Notes: generated by a model not told the origin, from the letters alone. A stretch of 64,000 bases of DNA from Myxococcota bacterium (GCA_040752415.1 JBFMGU010000010.1:1-64000), one strand, 5' to 3'; counted from the stretch's first letter, positions 9,438 to 21,581 are shown. Numbers and translations are program-made.

Positions 9438-12400
9438 ATGCGTGTCACGTTCGTCTGGTGGCTCCCCTGGGCGTTGGGGACGACGCTGTGGCTCGGTGCG
9501 TGCCGCGACGATGGCGCGCCCGTCCTGTACAACGAGAGAAGGCCGCTGCAGGTTGAGCCTGGCGAACTGGACCTGGAGGAGGTCTACGTCGGCACGCAGC
9601 GGGCGGGCGTCGTTCACCTGCGCAACGAGGGTAGCGTGACGCTTGCGGTACACGTTGGCGTCATTCCGGATGAGAGCGCTTTTGCCGTCGCGTCTGGTCC
9701 ACAACGCCTTGCCCCGGGAGAGGTCGCGAGCGTAGCGGTGCACTTCCTCCCGACGGAAGCCGGCGCATTCACGGCGGAGCTCCGCGTCGAGGATTCCGTC
9801 GTGACGCAGCGGATTCCGCTCCGTGGTACGGGAACCGATACTCCAGATTGCGACGACGGGAACGTGTGCACCGGCGAGTGGTTCGACGTTGGGCTGGATG
9901 CCTGCGTCGTCACCGACGTGGCAAACACCTGCGATGACGGAAGTGCGTGCACCACCGACGACGCGTGCGCCGCGGGCGAGTGCATGGGGTTTCCCAGACC
10001 TTGCGAGGATGACATCTCCTGCACGGTCGACTCCTGCGACGAGGCGGTGGGTTGCGTCCACACGTCGGTCGACGCCCTCTGCACCAACGACGGTGACCCC
10101 TGCACCGTGGAGCACTGCGTCGCCGGCCGCGGATGCGCAACGCAATGGGCAGCGAATGGAACGCCATGCGGGTCCGCGCAGCGTTGCCAGCAGTCGGTCT
10201 GTTGGTGGGGGCAATGCGTTGTGGCGCCGGTTCCTGACGGAACGCGTTGTGAACCATCAGGACCGTGTGCGCTGTGGCGCCGTTGCCGCGCGGGTGAGTG
10301 TCACGGTGGGGTGGACGAGGAGACGTGCTACGGGACGGTTGTTTCCAGCGGCGTTGCGACGGGAATTCTGGTTGATGATCAGAATGTGTATGTCGCTTCC
10401 ACGGATAGGGTCGTTCGTTTCGCAAAGAGCAGCGGCTCCGCAAAGGAGCTGGCGCAAGGAACGGCGATTCACGGTCTCATCTCCGATGACGTGTCGCTGT
10501 ACTGGCGCGATGCGGCCACTGGGGAGGTTCGCGGAGTCGCCAAGACCGGCGGGGAGCCGTGGGTGGTTGCGACGGCCAGCGACCCGTTGTGGAGTGCCGC
10601 GTCCGATGGCTCCGAGGTATTCTGGATCTCCGATGGCATCCTGTGGCGCACTCCGACGCGGTTGGGCGCGCCTCAGGCGATGACGGAGGCCGCCGGGCGC
10701 GTCGTCGGAGTGGATGACCAGCATGTCTACTGGCGGGATCACGGCGTGATCCTGCGCATCCGGAAGACGGAAACGGAGCAACCACGCGTGGTGGTTTCCC
10801 GTGGGAACCTCATCGACGTCAAACTGCACGCAGGCCGGCTCTACTGGACCTGGGTGGACGGGACGCGAAGCCTGTTGGAATCGGCGGCCAGCGACGGTAC
10901 CGACCAAGCCATCCTATTGCGTTCACAGATGTGGCTGGCCGACATCGTCGTCGACGCACGGCGTATCCACGTGCTCGCGGGGGGCCGGAGCGAGGTGCTG
11001 CTTGTGATGGACAGCGCCGTCGGCACCCTCAGCGTGCACACCCAGGACCGCCCTGGCCTCTTCGGTGTTGATGACGAGTCCATCTACTACTTCACTGCGG
11101 GCGACTCCCTGGTACGGCGCGCATCCCACCAGGCCGCGTACCCCGTGCTCGTCGCCGAGCTTCCCAAGATGCGTCCCATCCACGCCGACCGTCAACGGAT
11201 TGTCTGGGTGGATGGGGCGAATCGCATTGGCGCGACTCTCATGGGAGGCGGGGAGTACCAGGTTCTCGTGGAGGCTGGAGAGCCCCGCGTCGCGGCTGCG
11301 GACGCATTCGGTCTCTACTGGGCACAAAGCGTCGCGGGAGATGCCGGAGCCACGATCATGATGGCGGACCTGGACGTTTCCAACCCGAGGTCGATTGCGT
11401 ACGTTACGGAGATGCCTGAGGCTCTGTTTGCCACGGACCTCTCGCTCATCTGGTTGACGCGCCACCACAATGCGAGGGGTGAGCGTGACGGTAAGGTCCA
11501 CTGGCTCCTGCGCTCAGACGGCACCGTCACCACGACGGAAGGCGCCTTGGACTTCCGGAATGCCAGGCAGGACGGCGACGTCGTGCGGTGGATCGGCAAG
11601 ACGTATGGCTTCTGGGATGTACCGGACCAGGACCACATTCTGGCGGCGTCTTGGCTCCCCGGGGATGTCCAGCATCTCGTGCTGGAGTCCTGTGACGACA
11701 TCTCCACCTTTTTCGCCGAGGGCAACGTGGTCTACTGGACGGCTTGGCCGTTTGACTCGCTGCGCATGCAAGGCCTCCCCGGGGCCAGCATCTGGAATCA
11801 CGCGGGACTGCTGCATGAAGCGCGCGAAATCCGGACCTGGGGTGGCGTGGCCTTCTGGACCAACGACAGCGGAGCGCTGTGGCGCACGTCGCTGGCTGCG
11901 CCGCAGGAAGTGCGGCGGACCGGCGGCGGTGGCGGTCACCTCCTAGCGCATCCCGACGGAGTGGCATGGATCCAGGATGATCCCGGTCTTGCGATTCTGC
12001 TCGACGGTGACCGCCCCGCGCCAGAGACCTTCGCAGTTGTACGTTCCCAACCCTCCTTCCTCGCCGCGGATGAGTCAGGCGTCTATTGGATCCAGACGGT
12101 AGACGATGGCGTCGCGTCCTTGATCCAATACTCTCCCGACCGGGAAGGCCCGCGCGTGCTGGTTTCCGACCTGTTCCGTCCTTCGTCGCTTGCCGTGCAC
12201 GACGGCAGCGTGTTCTTGACGGACGCGGGGCGCGGTGAAGTCCGAAGGGTCAACGCCGATGGCACGAGCGCGATCCTCGCATCGGGCGAGAGTCACCCAC
12301 GGGACATCCTGATTGATGATGACGCGGTTACCTGGGTGGCGGACACCATCGAAACCGCCGAGGAGTGCTTCTGGGATTTGGACGCCGTGCTCTGGAGCAT

Positions 12401-12893
12401 TCCGGCAGACACTGGAGAGAAGGTCTGCCTCGTGTACGCCGGAAGCATGGCCGAGCCACAGGAGTTCGGCCAGGCCTGGATCTGGCGCCAATCGGATGGG
12501 CTCTGGAAGAACTGGGGCCCGTCGTGCGGAGGCTACGTGGAGCGGAGGCTTCCCGGTCCGATCGAACGGTTCGCGGTCGACGCAGAGGCGCTGTACTTCG
12601 TCCGGGAGTCGTCACTTCATCGTGTGGAGCGGGGCGACGCCGAGCCACGGGCATTGACGACGAGCGCGATCAGCCCCTTGTCGCAACTGCTGGTGGATGG
12701 GAACCGGCTGTACTGGCTGGACGCGAGCGGGAGCATTCTCTTCATCGACAAGAACGGAGCCGGTGATTCACAGCCGCAGGTTTTGGCTACCGTGCAACAT
12801 GCGACGTCGTGGGTTCACCTCGTCCAGGTGGGAGACATGCTGTACTGGACGGAGGACGGGAGCATCGTTGGCGCGCTCAAACCCCCGCCTTGA
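9438..12893 (+). CDS. Large surface lipoprotein: Ig-like domain, Cys-rich repeats, beta-propeller repeats
   Basis: Lipobox LGAC; LRNEGSVTL Ig-like domain; CDDGNVCT/CDDGSACT/CEDDISCT repeats; many xDxxxVYW propeller blades. Confidence 0.8.
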   Translation: MRVTFVWWLPWALGTTLWLGACRDDGAPVLYNERRPLQVEPGELDLEEVYVGTQRAGVVHLRNEGSVTLAVHVGVIPDESAFAVASGPQRLAPGEVASVAVHFLPTEAGAFTAELRVEDSVVTQRIPLRGTGTDTPDCDDGNVCTGEWFDVGLDACVVTDVANTCDDGSACTTDDACAAGECMGFPRPCEDDISCTVDSCDEAVGCVHTSVDALCTNDGDPCTVEHCVAGRGCATQWAANGTPCGSAQRCQQSVCWWGQCVVAPVPDGTRCEPSGPCALWRRCRAGECHGGVDEETCYGTVVSSGVATGILVDDQNVYVASTDRVVRFAKSSGSAKELAQGTAIHGLISDDVSLYWRDAATGEVRGVAKTGGEPWVVATASDPLWSAASDGSEVFWISDGILWRTPTRLGAPQAMTEAAGRVVGVDDQHVYWRDHGVILRIRKTETEQPRVVVSRGNLIDVKLHAGRLYWTWVDGTRSLLESAASDGTDQAILLRSQMWLADIVVDARRIHVLAGGRSEVLLVMDSAVGTLSVHTQDRPGLFGVDDESIYYFTAGDSLVRRASHQAAYPVLVAELPKMRPIHADRQRIVWVDGANRIGATLMGGGEYQVLVEAGEPRVAAADAFGLYWAQSVAGDAGATIMMADLDVSNPRSIAYVTEMPEALFATDLSLIWLTRHHNARGERDGKVHWLLRSDGTVTTTEGALDFRNARQDGDVVRWIGKTYGFWDVPDQDHILAASWLPGDVQHLVLESCDDISTFFAEGNVVYWTAWPFDSLRMQGLPGASIWNHAGLLHEAREIRTWGGVAFWTNDSGALWRTSLAAPQEVRRTGGGGGHLLAHPDGVAWIQDDPGLAILLDGDRPAPETFAVVRSQPSFLAADESGVYWIQTVDDGVASLIQYSPDREGPRVLVSDLFRPSSLAVHDGSVFLTDAGRGEVRRVNADGTSAILASGESHPRDILIDDDAVTWVADTIETAEECFWDLDAVLWSIPADTGEKVCLVYAGSMAEPQEFGQAWIWRQSDGLWKNWGPSCGGYVERRLPGPIERFAVDAEALYFVRESSLHRVERGDAEPRALTTSAISPLSQLLVDGNRLYWLDASGSILFIDKNGAGDSQPQVLATVQHATSWVHLVQVGDMLYWTEDGSIVGALKPPP

Positions 12894-12900
12894 AGTCCTC

Positions 12901-13569
12901 CTACTCCAGCTCGCGCGCTTCGAAATCGTCGAACGAAACGGTGGTGTCCGACTCCGACCACACGCCCACCTTGCCCCGCACGAAGGAGCTGTTGTTGTTG
13001 GAGAGCACGGTCTGCCCGTCCAGCTTGATCACCGTCTCCAGGGGCGTGGCCCGCACCTCCAGGTCATGCCAGCGCCCCACCTGCACCGTGGCGACGGAGC
13101 GCGCCATCTCCTCCCGCACGCCGTCCTTCACCAGCACCAGGTGCACCTCCTGCTCCGGGACGCCCATCCACGCCACCATGTAATTGCGTGAGTCCTGGAA
13201 GCGGAACATCAACCCGCACGCGGGATGGGTCTCCCCCGCGTCGATGCGGCACTTCGCCTTCAGCGAAAGCTTCTCGAAGACGCGGTCGCGCACCACCGCG
13301 CGCGGATACTCGTCGGGATAACGCGCCTCCGTCTGCCGCAGCACATTGGGAGCCGAGGGCGCGCCCAGCTCATCATCAATGGCCCAGCCGCCCAGGATGA
13401 TGATCAACTCCCCGTCCGCGGGAAGGACGCCGGGCGAAGAAGAGTCGAAGTGGAGGCGATAGATGGTGCCCGCGGGTTGACGCTCGTCGGTGCCGCCGGT
13501 GGTGTCGCGACCCTGCGTGGTGGGCACGCAGCCGAGCACCAGCGTGGTTGCCAGAAAGACTCCGCGCAT
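12901..13569 (-). CDS. Lipoprotein with LamG/DUF1080-like beta-sandwich domain
   Basis: Lipobox LVLGC; CGLMFRFQDSRNY, WHDLEV, GKVGVWSESDTTVSFDDF motifs. Confidence 0.75.
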   Translation of the reverse strand: MRGVFLATTLVLGCVPTTQGRDTTGGTDERQPAGTIYRLHFDSSSPGVLPADGELIIILGGWAIDDELGAPSAPNVLRQTEARYPDEYPRAVVRDRVFEKLSLKAKCRIDAGETHPACGLMFRFQDSRNYMVAWMGVPEQEVHLVLVKDGVREEMARSVATVQVGRWHDLEVRATPLETVIKLDGQTVLSNNNSSFVRGKVGVWSESDTTVSFDDFEARELE

Positions 13570-13997
13570 GTCCCCTCGTCTCATCCGTCGTGCAGCGCCG
13601 CCCGCGAAGCCATGGTGGCCTCAACGGCGAACCGGTGTCCACTGCACGCGCGTTCCGGAAGTGGACGCAACAACGTAGCCGTCGGCACGGGCGTCACGAA
13701 GGGCAGGCGAAGGACCGGCAGCGACGAGGCGGCGTGCATCACCCAGCCCCCAGGTGATGGCAGCCGCGCGCGTGGAGTGCTGCCCGGATCCCACGGCTTC
13801 CGGGGACGTCGGTGATGCTGTGCATGTCAACACCGCTGTCGATACATACGGGCGTTCCGCGGGCGCCTTCCCACGCGCAGTGGCAACCCGGCGTCCCGGT
13901 CCTTGGCTTTCGGGCGGGCTGCGACGCCTTCGTCTCGAGCGCTGCTCGTCGCTCGCCCTCACATGCCGCGCCGCGTGCGCGGAACTGAGGTCCCCAA

Positions 13998-16900
13998 GTG
14001 GCACATGTCCAGACCGGCGATGACCACGGCCGCAAGCACACGGGTGGGGTCAGCACCGCGCGCGCTGCGCGCACCCGTCGTCCCGTGCAACTCGCGGGCA
14101 TTCCCCGTCGCCCCGGAAAGCCAGACGCGTACACGCTCTACCTCGAGGAACAATACGGCCGCCTCACCCAGGCCATGTTGAACGCCGCGGGTGGAGACCT
14201 CTCCGTCCGTCTCCCGGTCCGGGAACCCGACGGTGTCACCGACGCCGCCGCGCACGCGTTCAATACCTTGATTCAGCGCACCGATGGCGTGACGCGCGAG
14301 ATCACGCGGGTCAGCCGTCTCGTCGGGCGGGGAGGCCGGTCGGCGGAGCGCGCGTCGCAGGAGCTGCTGGGCGGTGCCTTTGCCGAGTGCGTGGGCAGCT
14401 TCAACGGCATGATCGGCGACGTTGCCTGGCGCACGCATGAGGTCTCCCGCGTCCTCGCCGCCGTCGTGGACGGGGACTTGAACCAGCGCATGTCCCTGGA
14501 AGTGGATGCCCGCCCGCTGCAGGGCGACGCGCTGCGCGTGGGCACCACCGTGAACCAGCTGGTGGACCGTCTCACGTCGATCTCCGCCGAGGTCAGCCGC
14601 GTGGCGCGCGAGGTGGGAACCGACGGAAAGCTGGGTGGACAGGCCAACGCGCCCGGCGCCAAGGGCACGTGGAAGGACCTCACCGACAACGTCAACCTGC
14701 TGGCCAGCAACCTCACCACGCAGGTGCGCAACATTGCCCTGGTGACCACCGCGGTGGCCAACGGAGACCTCTCGCAGAAGATCACCGTCGAGGCGCGCGG
14801 GGAGATCCTGGAGCTGAAGAACACCGTCAACACCATGGTGGAGCAGCTCCGCGCCTTTGCCGCCGAGGTGACCCGCGTGGCCAAGGAGGTGGGCACCGAG
14901 GGCAAGCTGGGCGGCCAGGCCGACGTGAAGGGCGTGTCTGGCACCTGGAAGGACCTCACCGACAACGTCAACTTCATGGCCAGCAACCTCACCAGCCAGG
15001 TGCGCGGCATCGTGAAGGTGGTCACCGCGGTGGCCAACGGAGACCTCTCGCAGAAGTTTGTCGTCGAGGCCAAGGGCGAGATTGCCGCCCTGGCCGACAC
15101 CATCAACAACATGACCGACACGCTGCGCCTGTTTGCCGAGCAGGTCATCACCGTGGCGCGCGAAGTGGGCATTGAAGGAAAGCTGGGCGGTCAGGCCCGC
15201 GTCCCCGGCGTGGCCGGCACGTGGCGCGACCTCACCGAGAACGTCAACATGCTGGCCGGCAACCTCACCAACCAGGTGCGCAACATCGCCCTGGTGACCA
15301 CCGCGGTGGCCAACGGAGAGCTCTCGCAGAAGATCACCGTCGACGCACGTGGTGAGATCCTGGAGCTGAAGAACACCATCAACACCATGGTGGACCAGCT
15401 GCGTGACTTCGCCGCCGAGGTGACCCGCGTGGCGAAGGAAGTGGGTACGGAAGGCAAGCTGGGCGGCCAGGCCGACGTGAAGGGTGTGTCCGGCACGTGG
15501 AAGAACCTGACCGACAACGTGAACCTCCTCGCCGGAAACCTCACCGACCAGGTGCGCAACATCGCCTTGGTGACGACGGCGGTGGCCAACGGTGACCTGT
15601 CCAAGAAGATCACCGTCGACGTGCGTGGCGAGGTGCTCGCGGTCAAGAACACCATCAACACCATGGTGGACCAGCTGCGCGACTTCGCCGCGGAGGTGAC
15701 CCGTGTGGCACGCGAAGTGGGCACCGAAGGAAAGCTGGGTGGCCAGGCCGACGTGAAGGGCGTGTCCGGAACGTGGAAGGACCTCACCGACAACGTCAAC
15801 ATGCTGGCCGGCAACCTCACCAACCAGGTGCGAAACATCGCGTTGGTGACCACCGCCGTGGCCAATGGCGACCTGTCACGCAAGATCACCGTCGACGTCA
15901 AGGGCGAGGTGCTGGAGCTCAAGAACACCATCAACACCATGGTGGACCAGCTGCGCGACTTCGCCGCCGAGGTGACCCGTGTGGCGCGCGAAGTGGGCAC
16001 CGAAGGCAAGCTGGGTGGCCAGGCCGACGTGAAGGGCGTGTCCGGAACGTGGAAGGACCTCACCGACAACGTCAACCTGCTCGCCGGAAACCTGACCAGC
16101 CAGGTGCGCAACATCGCCCTGGTGACGACGGCGGTGGCCAACGGTGACCTGTCCAAGAAGATCACCGTCGACGTCAAGGGTGAGGTGCTGGAGCTCAAGA
16201 ACACCATCAACACCATGGTGGACCAGCTGCGCGCGTTTGCCGCCGAGGTGACCCGCGTGGCGCGCGAGGTGGGCACCGAGGGCCGCCTGGGTGGTCAGGC
16301 GCACGTCCCCGACGTGGCCGGCACCTGGAAGGACCTCACCGACAACGTGAACCTGATGGCCAGCAACCTCACCAGCCAGGTGCGCGGCATCGTCCGGGTG
16401 GTGACCGCGGTGGCCAACGGCGACCTGTCCAAGAAGTTCGTCGTCGAAGCGAAGGGCGAGATTGCCGCCCTGGCCGACACGATCAACAACATGACCGACA
16501 CCCTCCGCACCTTTGCCGAGCAGGTCACCACGGTGGCCCGCGAAGTGGGCAGCGAAGGGAAGCTGGGTGGTCAGGCCAAGGTGCCCGGTGTGTCCGGCAC
16601 GTGGCGCGACCTCACCGACAACGTCAACATGCTGGCCGGCAACCTGACCAACCAGGTGCGCAACATCGCGTTGGTGACCACGGCGCTGGCCAACGGTGAC
16701 CTCTCGCAGAAGATCACCGTCGACGCGCGCGGCGAAATCCTCGAGCTGAAGAACACCATCAACGCCACCGTGGACAAGCTGCGCACGTTCGCCCGTGAGG
16801 TGACCCGCGTGGCGCGTGAAGTGGGCACGGAAGGCCGCCTGGGTGGACAGGCGCAGGTGCCGGGTGTGGCCGGGACGTGGCAGGACCTCACCGACAACGT

Positions 16901-19820
16901 GAACCTGATGGCCAGCAACCTCACCAACCAGGTGCGCGGCATCGTCAAGGTGGTGACCGCGGTGGCCGAAGGGGACCTGTCCCAGAAGCTGGTGGTGGAA
17001 GCCAAGGGCGAGATTGCCGCACTGGCCGACACCATCAACGGCATGACCGGCACGCTGCGCGTCTTTGCCGAGCAGGTGACGACGGTGGCCCGCGAAGTGG
17101 GCATTGAAGGGAAGCTGGGCGGGCAGGCCAAGGTGCCCGGCGTGGCGGGAACGTGGAAGGACCTCACCGACAACGTCAACATGCTGGCCGGCAACCTCAC
17201 CAACCAGGTGCGCAACATCGCGTTGGTGACCACGGCAGTGGCCAAGGGCGACCTGTCACGCAAGATCACCGTCGACGCGCGCGGCGAGATCCTGGAGCTG
17301 AAGGACACCATCAACGCCATGGTGGACCAGCTGCGTACGTTCGCCGCGGAGGTGACCCGCGTGGCCCGCGAAGTGGGTACCGAGGGTCTGCTGGGTGGTC
17401 AGGCCCAGGTGCCCGACGTGGCCGGAACGTGGAAGGACCTCACCGACAACGTGAACCTGATGGCGAGCAACCTCACCAGCCAGGTGCGCGGCATCGTCAA
17501 GGTGGTGACCGCGGTGGCCAACGGTGACCTGACGCAGAAGTTCGTCGTCGAGGCGAAGGGCGAGATTGCCGCCCTGGCCGACACGATCAACAACATGACC
17601 GACACGCTCCGCACCTTTGCCGAGCAGGTCACCACGGTGGCCCGCGAAGTGGGTGTGGAAGGAAAGCTGGGCGGCCAGGCCAAGGTGCCCGGAGCCGCCG
17701 GCACGTGGCGCGACCTCACCGACAACGTGAACCAGCTGGCCGGCAACCTCACCACGCAGGTGCGCGCCATCTCCGAGGTGGCCACCGCCGTGATCAAGGG
17801 TGACCTCAGCCGCACCATTGACGTCGGTGCGCAGGGCGAGGTGCTGGCCCTGAAGGACACCATCAACCAGATGATCGCCAACCTGCGCGACACCACGCAG
17901 ACCAACAAGGAGCAGGACTGGCTGAAGACCAACCTGGCCAAGTTCTCCGGGATGATGCAGGGGCAACGCAGCCTGGAGTCGCTGGCCGCGCTCATCATGT
18001 CCGAGCTCACTCCGACGGTGGGAGCGCAGCTGGGCACGTTCTTCATGGTCAACGCCGACCAGGAGAAACCGGTGCTCAAGCTGGTCAGCAGCTACGGGTA
18101 CACCGAGCGCAAGCACGTCTCCAATCGCTTCGGCCTGGGGGAAGGGCTGGTGGGCCAGTGCGCGCTGGAGAAGAAGCCCATCCTCGTGTCCGAGGTCCCC
18201 GACGACTACGTCAGGATCTCGTCGAGCCTGGGGGAGGCGCCGCCCCGCAACCTCATTGCGCTGCCGGTGTTGTTCGAGGACAAGATCCGCGGCGTCATCG
18301 AGCTGGGCTCCTTCCAGCACTTCCACTCCATCCACCGGACCTTCCTGGAGCAGCTCGCGCTGAGCATTGGCGTGGTGTTCAACATGATCAGCGCCAGCCG
18401 CCGCACCGAGGAGCTGCTGGAGGAGCTGCAGCGGTCCAACGCCGAGCTCAACAGCCGCACCAACGAGCTGGAGGACAAGGCCAGCCTGCTGGAGATCAAG
18501 AACCGCGAGATTGCCGAGGCCAGCGCGAACCTGGAGGAGAAGGCCAAGCAGCTGGCCCTGGTGTCCAAGTACAAGAGCGAGTTCCTGGCCAACATGTCCC
18601 ACGAGCTGCGCACGCCGCTCAACAGCATGCTGATCCTGGCCAACCTGATGGCGGAGAACACCGAGCACAATCTCACGCCCAAGCAGGTGGAGTACGCGCA
18701 GACCATCCACAGCGCCGGTCGCGACCTGCTCTCGCTCATCAGCCAGATCCTGGATCTCTCCAAGATCGAGGCGGGTCGGATGCAGATCGAGAAGCGGCGC
18801 ACGCCGCTGGCGGAGATCCGGTCCTACGTGGAGCGAAGCTTCCGACCCATTGCGGAGCAGAAGGGCCTGGAGTTCAACGTCTCCATTGCGTCGGATGCGC
18901 CAGCCTCCATCAACACGGACTCCCAGCGGTTGCAGCAGATCCTGAAGAACCTGCTGTCCAACGCGTTCAAGTTCACCGAGTCCGGGCGGGTGGATGTCCG
19001 CATGTCGCTGGAGACCACGCGCCGCAACTTCCGCAATCCCGCGTTGCTGCGTGCCCCCGCCGTCCTGGCCGTCTCCGTCAGCGACACGGGCATTGGCATC
19101 CCCAAGGAGAAGCAGCAGCTCATCTTCGAGGCGTTCCAGCAGGCCGACGCGTCGACGAGCCGCACCTACGGAGGCACCGGGCTGGGCCTGACCATCAGCC
19201 GCGAGCTGGCGCGCCTGCTGGGCGGCGAGATCGAGCTGAGGAGCAACGCCGGGGAGGGCAGCATCTTCACGCTGTACCTGCCGCTGGGTCCGGAGGACCG
19301 CGACGTGACCGCCATTTCCGAGGAGCTGGGCGGGTACGAGCGCACCCACGTGGAGATGCCGCGCCAGTTGCAGCACGCGGTGACGCCGGAATCCGTTGGG
19401 ACGGCGCTGCCCACGCCGTCGGAGGGCGTCGACGTGGCGGGCAAGACGGTGCTGGTGGTGGATGATGACGTCCGCAACCTGTTCGCCGTCACCAGCCTGC
19501 TGGAGCGTCACGGCGTGAAGGTGGTGCCGGCAAGCAGCGCGCGCGAGGGCATTGCCGCGCTGGAGGCCCATCCCGAGGTGGAGGCCGTGCTCATGGACAT
19601 CATGATGCCGGAGATGGATGGGTACGAGGCCACGCGGGAGATCCGCCGGAAGGACAAGTACGCCAACCTTCCCATCATTGCCCTGACGGCGAAGGCCATG
19701 CCCGGTGACCGGGAGAAGTGCATGGAGGCGGGGTGCAGTGACTTCGTCCCCAAGCCGGTGGAGGCGGACCGGCTGATGGGCACGCTGCGGCAATGGGCCA
19801 AGGCACGTCCGGAGCAGTGA
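13998..19820 (+). CDS. Poly-HAMP hybrid sensor histidine kinase (HAMP array-GAF-HisKA-HATPase-REC), group III/OsaA-like
   Basis: Tandem 92-aa HAMP units; [15 protein letters not shown]-box; [24 protein letters not shown]-terminal REC (LMDIMMP). Start could be ATG 14175. Confidence 0.95.
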   Translation: MAHVQTGDDHGRKHTGGVSTARAARTRRPVQLAGIPRRPGKPDAYTLYLEEQYGRLTQAMLNAAGGDLSVRLPVREPDGVTDAAAHAFNTLIQRTDGVTREITRVSRLVGRGGRSAERASQELLGGAFAECVGSFNGMIGDVAWRTHEVSRVLAAVVDGDLNQRMSLEVDARPLQGDALRVGTTVNQLVDRLTSISAEVSRVAREVGTDGKLGGQANAPGAKGTWKDLTDNVNLLASNLTTQVRNIALVTTAVANGDLSQKITVEARGEILELKNTVNTMVEQLRAFAAEVTRVAKEVGTEGKLGGQADVKGVSGTWKDLTDNVNFMASNLTSQVRGIVKVVTAVANGDLSQKFVVEAKGEIAALADTINNMTDTLRLFAEQVITVAREVGIEGKLGGQARVPGVAGTWRDLTENVNMLAGNLTNQVRNIALVTTAVANGELSQKITVDARGEILELKNTINTMVDQLRDFAAEVTRVAKEVGTEGKLGGQADVKGVSGTWKNLTDNVNLLAGNLTDQVRNIALVTTAVANGDLSKKITVDVRGEVLAVKNTINTMVDQLRDFAAEVTRVAREVGTEGKLGGQADVKGVSGTWKDLTDNVNMLAGNLTNQVRNIALVTTAVANGDLSRKITVDVKGEVLELKNTINTMVDQLRDFAAEVTRVAREVGTEGKLGGQADVKGVSGTWKDLTDNVNLLAGNLTSQVRNIALVTTAVANGDLSKKITVDVKGEVLELKNTINTMVDQLRAFAAEVTRVAREVGTEGRLGGQAHVPDVAGTWKDLTDNVNLMASNLTSQVRGIVRVVTAVANGDLSKKFVVEAKGEIAALADTINNMTDTLRTFAEQVTTVAREVGSEGKLGGQAKVPGVSGTWRDLTDNVNMLAGNLTNQVRNIALVTTALANGDLSQKITVDARGEILELKNTINATVDKLRTFAREVTRVAREVGTEGRLGGQAQVPGVAGTWQDLTDNVNLMASNLTNQVRGIVKVVTAVAEGDLSQKLVVEAKGEIAALADTINGMTGTLRVFAEQVTTVAREVGIEGKLGGQAKVPGVAGTWKDLTDNVNMLAGNLTNQVRNIALVTTAVAKGDLSRKITVDARGEILELKDTINAMVDQLRTFAAEVTRVAREVGTEGLLGGQAQVPDVAGTWKDLTDNVNLMASNLTSQVRGIVKVVTAVANGDLTQKFVVEAKGEIAALADTINNMTDTLRTFAEQVTTVAREVGVEGKLGGQAKVPGAAGTWRDLTDNVNQLAGNLTTQVRAISEVATAVIKGDLSRTIDVGAQGEVLALKDTINQMIANLRDTTQTNKEQDWLKTNLAKFSGMMQGQRSLESLAALIMSELTPTVGAQLGTFFMVNADQEKPVLKLVSSYGYTERKHVSNRFGLGEGLVGQCALEKKPILVSEVPDDYVRISSSLGEAPPRNLIALPVLFEDKIRGVIELGSFQHFHSIHRTFLEQLALSIGVVFNMISASRRTEELLEELQRSNAELNSRTNELEDKASLLEIKNREIAEASANLEEKAKQLALVSKYKSEFLANMSHELRTPLNSMLILANLMAENTEHNLTPKQVEYAQTIHSAGRDLLSLISQILDLSKIEAGRMQIEKRRTPLAEIRSYVERSFRPIAEQKGLEFNVSIASDAPASINTDSQRLQQILKNLLSNAFKFTESGRVDVRMSLETTRRNFRNPALLRAPAVLAVSVSDTGIGIPKEKQQLIFEAFQQADASTSRTYGGTGLGLTISRELARLLGGEIELRSNAGEGSIFTLYLPLGPEDRDVTAISEELGGYERTHVEMPRQLQHAVTPESVGTALPTPSEGVDVAGKTVLVVDDDVRNLFAVTSLLERHGVKVVPASSAREGIAALEAHPEVEAVLMDIMMPEMDGYEATREIRRKDKYANLPIIALTAKAMPGDREKCMEAGCSDFVPKPVEADRLMGTLRQWAKARPEQ
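14601..17880 (+). repeat. Intragenic 276-bp tandem repeats (12 HAMP units)
   Basis: [15 protein letters not shown] recurs every 276 nt from 14601 to 17637. Confidence 0.9.
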
Positions 19821-19968
19821 AGGTGCCGGACCGTGAGGCCAGGGTCGTCCCGGTCTCTCCCCTGGGAAGTGGCTCGCGCGGTCATGTTGCTTCCAAGCAG
19901 CTCGCCGCACGATGATCGGCCGCTCGTCGCCATCGAGCCGCAATGTCCAGCGACCCGAGGTCAAGACC

Positions 19969-20589
19969 ATGGCCAGCACCCGATTCCAGCGGTCCGAGAA
20001 CGAGGTCACTCCGCCCATTCCCGACGACAACGCGCTGCAGGAGCTGCTCGCCCTGCGCATGATGGGCGCGTGCTGGCACCCGTTTACCGACGTGAAGGGA
20101 GCCCGGAAGATGACGCTCGGTGAGATGCTCAACGCGAAGGACGTCCAGCCTCCGTTGACCGGGACGATCTGCTCGGTGCGCGTGATGCCCAGCTTCCATG
20201 CGTGGGCGGACCTGGGCGTGGTGACTGCAAGGCGGGGTGACCAGGTTGCGTTCCACCGCGTTGGGATCGTCGTGGGCGGAGAGCCAGCGGCCAATGCACG
20301 CGCCGACCTGGTGGAGCTGGAGCTGCCCGCGCTGGATCTTCCCCCGCTGCTCCCCGCGCCGAACGACGAAGGCTCCATGCTGGATGGCTGCCGCTACTGC
20401 GCGACATTCATGAGCGCGGGGGCGAACATCACGGTCAGGTTCTCGCCGGTGAGCGCCCGCTACCGCGCGTGGGCACGGTCCTTCCACGAACTTGCGCACG
20501 CGCTTGCCCGGGTGGCCCGCAACCCCGTGCTGGACGAGTACCTGGACGTCTGGGCGACCTACCTTCCAAGCGACCCGGGTCGCGGTTGA
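19969..20589 (+). CDS. Hypothetical protein
   Basis: Coding-like ORF after the kinase; GAGG upstream of ATG 19969; contains a CRYC motif. Confidence 0.55.
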   Translation: MASTRFQRSENEVTPPIPDDNALQELLALRMMGACWHPFTDVKGARKMTLGEMLNAKDVQPPLTGTICSVRVMPSFHAWADLGVVTARRGDQVAFHRVGIVVGGEPAANARADLVELELPALDLPPLLPAPNDEGSMLDGCRYCATFMSAGANITVRFSPVSARYRAWARSFHELAHALARVARNPVLDEYLDVWATYLPSDPGRG

Positions 20590-20638
20590 CCTCACGGCGC
20601 CATCCGACGGACAGGCAGCCCAACGCACCAGCGGTGCT

Positions 20639-20899
20639 TCAGCGGTGCGCGGACCGGTTCTTGTCGGCCACCGCCGCGATGATGACGGCGAAGGCAATGA
20701 GGCGGATGACGAAGACGTAGGTGGCCACCTCGTTGCCCAGCCAGATGACGACGAGCGCAATGCGCTCCACCGCCAGGATCCAGAACGCCACCGCGAACAT
20801 GAGGAACAGCCGGTCCCGCGTCTTGCTCCAGAAGCGCAGGAACATCATCCCCACCACCCAGCAGGCCATCATGATGGCGCCGGAGAGGAACTGGTTCAT
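20639..20899 (-). CDS. Small 3-TM membrane protein, DUF5985-like
   Basis: FLRFWSKTRDRLFLMFAVAFWILAVER...IRLIAF...ADKNR. Confidence 0.8.
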   Translation of the reverse strand: MNQFLSGAIMMACWVVGMMFLRFWSKTRDRLFLMFAVAFWILAVERIALVVIWLGNEVATYVFVIRLIAFAVIIAAVADKNRSAHR

Positions 20900-20930
20900 G
20901 CCCGCCTCCGCGCGATTCTTGTCGGGAAGC

Positions 20931-21188
20931 TCATTCCGCCTCCCAGATGAGCCCGTAGAGCAGCATCATCAGCGCCACCACGGCGGAGCCGGACCGCCAC
21001 AGTGACAGGTCAATGTGTGGCACCAGGACCCGGTCCACGAACAGAAGCACGTTGTTGACGCCGAGCCCCAGGAAGCACAGAGCGCTCCACAGCAGCAGCC
21101 TGGCGTGGGACTGCCGGTAGGCGCGCAGCAGCAGGGTGGCGCACGCCGCACTGGCCAGGGCGCAAAGCGCGTACACGACCGCGGCCAT
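20931..21188 (-). CDS. Small 3-TM membrane protein, DUF5985-like
   Basis: MAAVVYALCAL...LLLWSALCFLGLGVNNVLLFVD...LLYGLIWE. Confidence 0.8.
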   Translation of the reverse strand: MAAVVYALCALASAACATLLLRAYRQSHARLLLWSALCFLGLGVNNVLLFVDRVLVPHIDLSLWRSGSAVVALMMLLYGLIWEAE

Positions 21189-21191
21189 GGC

Positions 21192-21581
21192 TCAATCCTC
21201 CCTTCGAAGCTTGAACGCATCCGAAAAGACACGAAGGTTCTCGATGGGCTTGGCGAAGATCAGGTTGATGACCTCGTGGCGCCGGCTGGCGTAGGCCTGG
21301 CCCAGGCGTGCCACCACGCCGTCCAGGGGCTTGCCCACGAGGTCGTAGCAGTACGTGGGTCCCGCGTCCGCGCGGACACGGACGAAGCCACGCCCGGCCA
21401 GGTCCGTCAGCCGGGACGCCGCCGAGGTGACGCTGGTCCGCAGCTCCTCGTTGAGACGTACGGCGGTCCATTCCTGGTCAGGGTGCGCCCGGAGGAGCAG
21501 GAGGGCCTCCAGCTGCTCCACCGAATTGATGTGGGCCCGAATGAACTCCCGCACATCCGTGTCAATTCCGCCGTTGGCCAC
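21192..21581 (-). CDS. Hypothetical winged-helix-like protein heading the DUF5985 pair
   Basis: FIRAHINSVEQLEALLLLR...FSDAFKLR; probable GTG start at 21581; 3-nt gap to the next gene. Confidence 0.7.
   Translation of the reverse strand: MANGGIDTDVREFIRAHINSVEQLEALLLLRAHPDQEWTAVRLNEELRTSVTSAASRLTDLAGRGFVRVRADAGPTYCYDLVGKPLDGVVARLGQAYASRRHEVINLIFAKPIENLRVFSDAFKLRRED

Noticed and set aside
17256..20378. 1040-aa minus-strand ORF and similar antisense ORFs (40402-42561, 3213-4856, 7855-9408)
   Set aside because: Shadow ORFs opposite well-supported genes, expected with high GC3.
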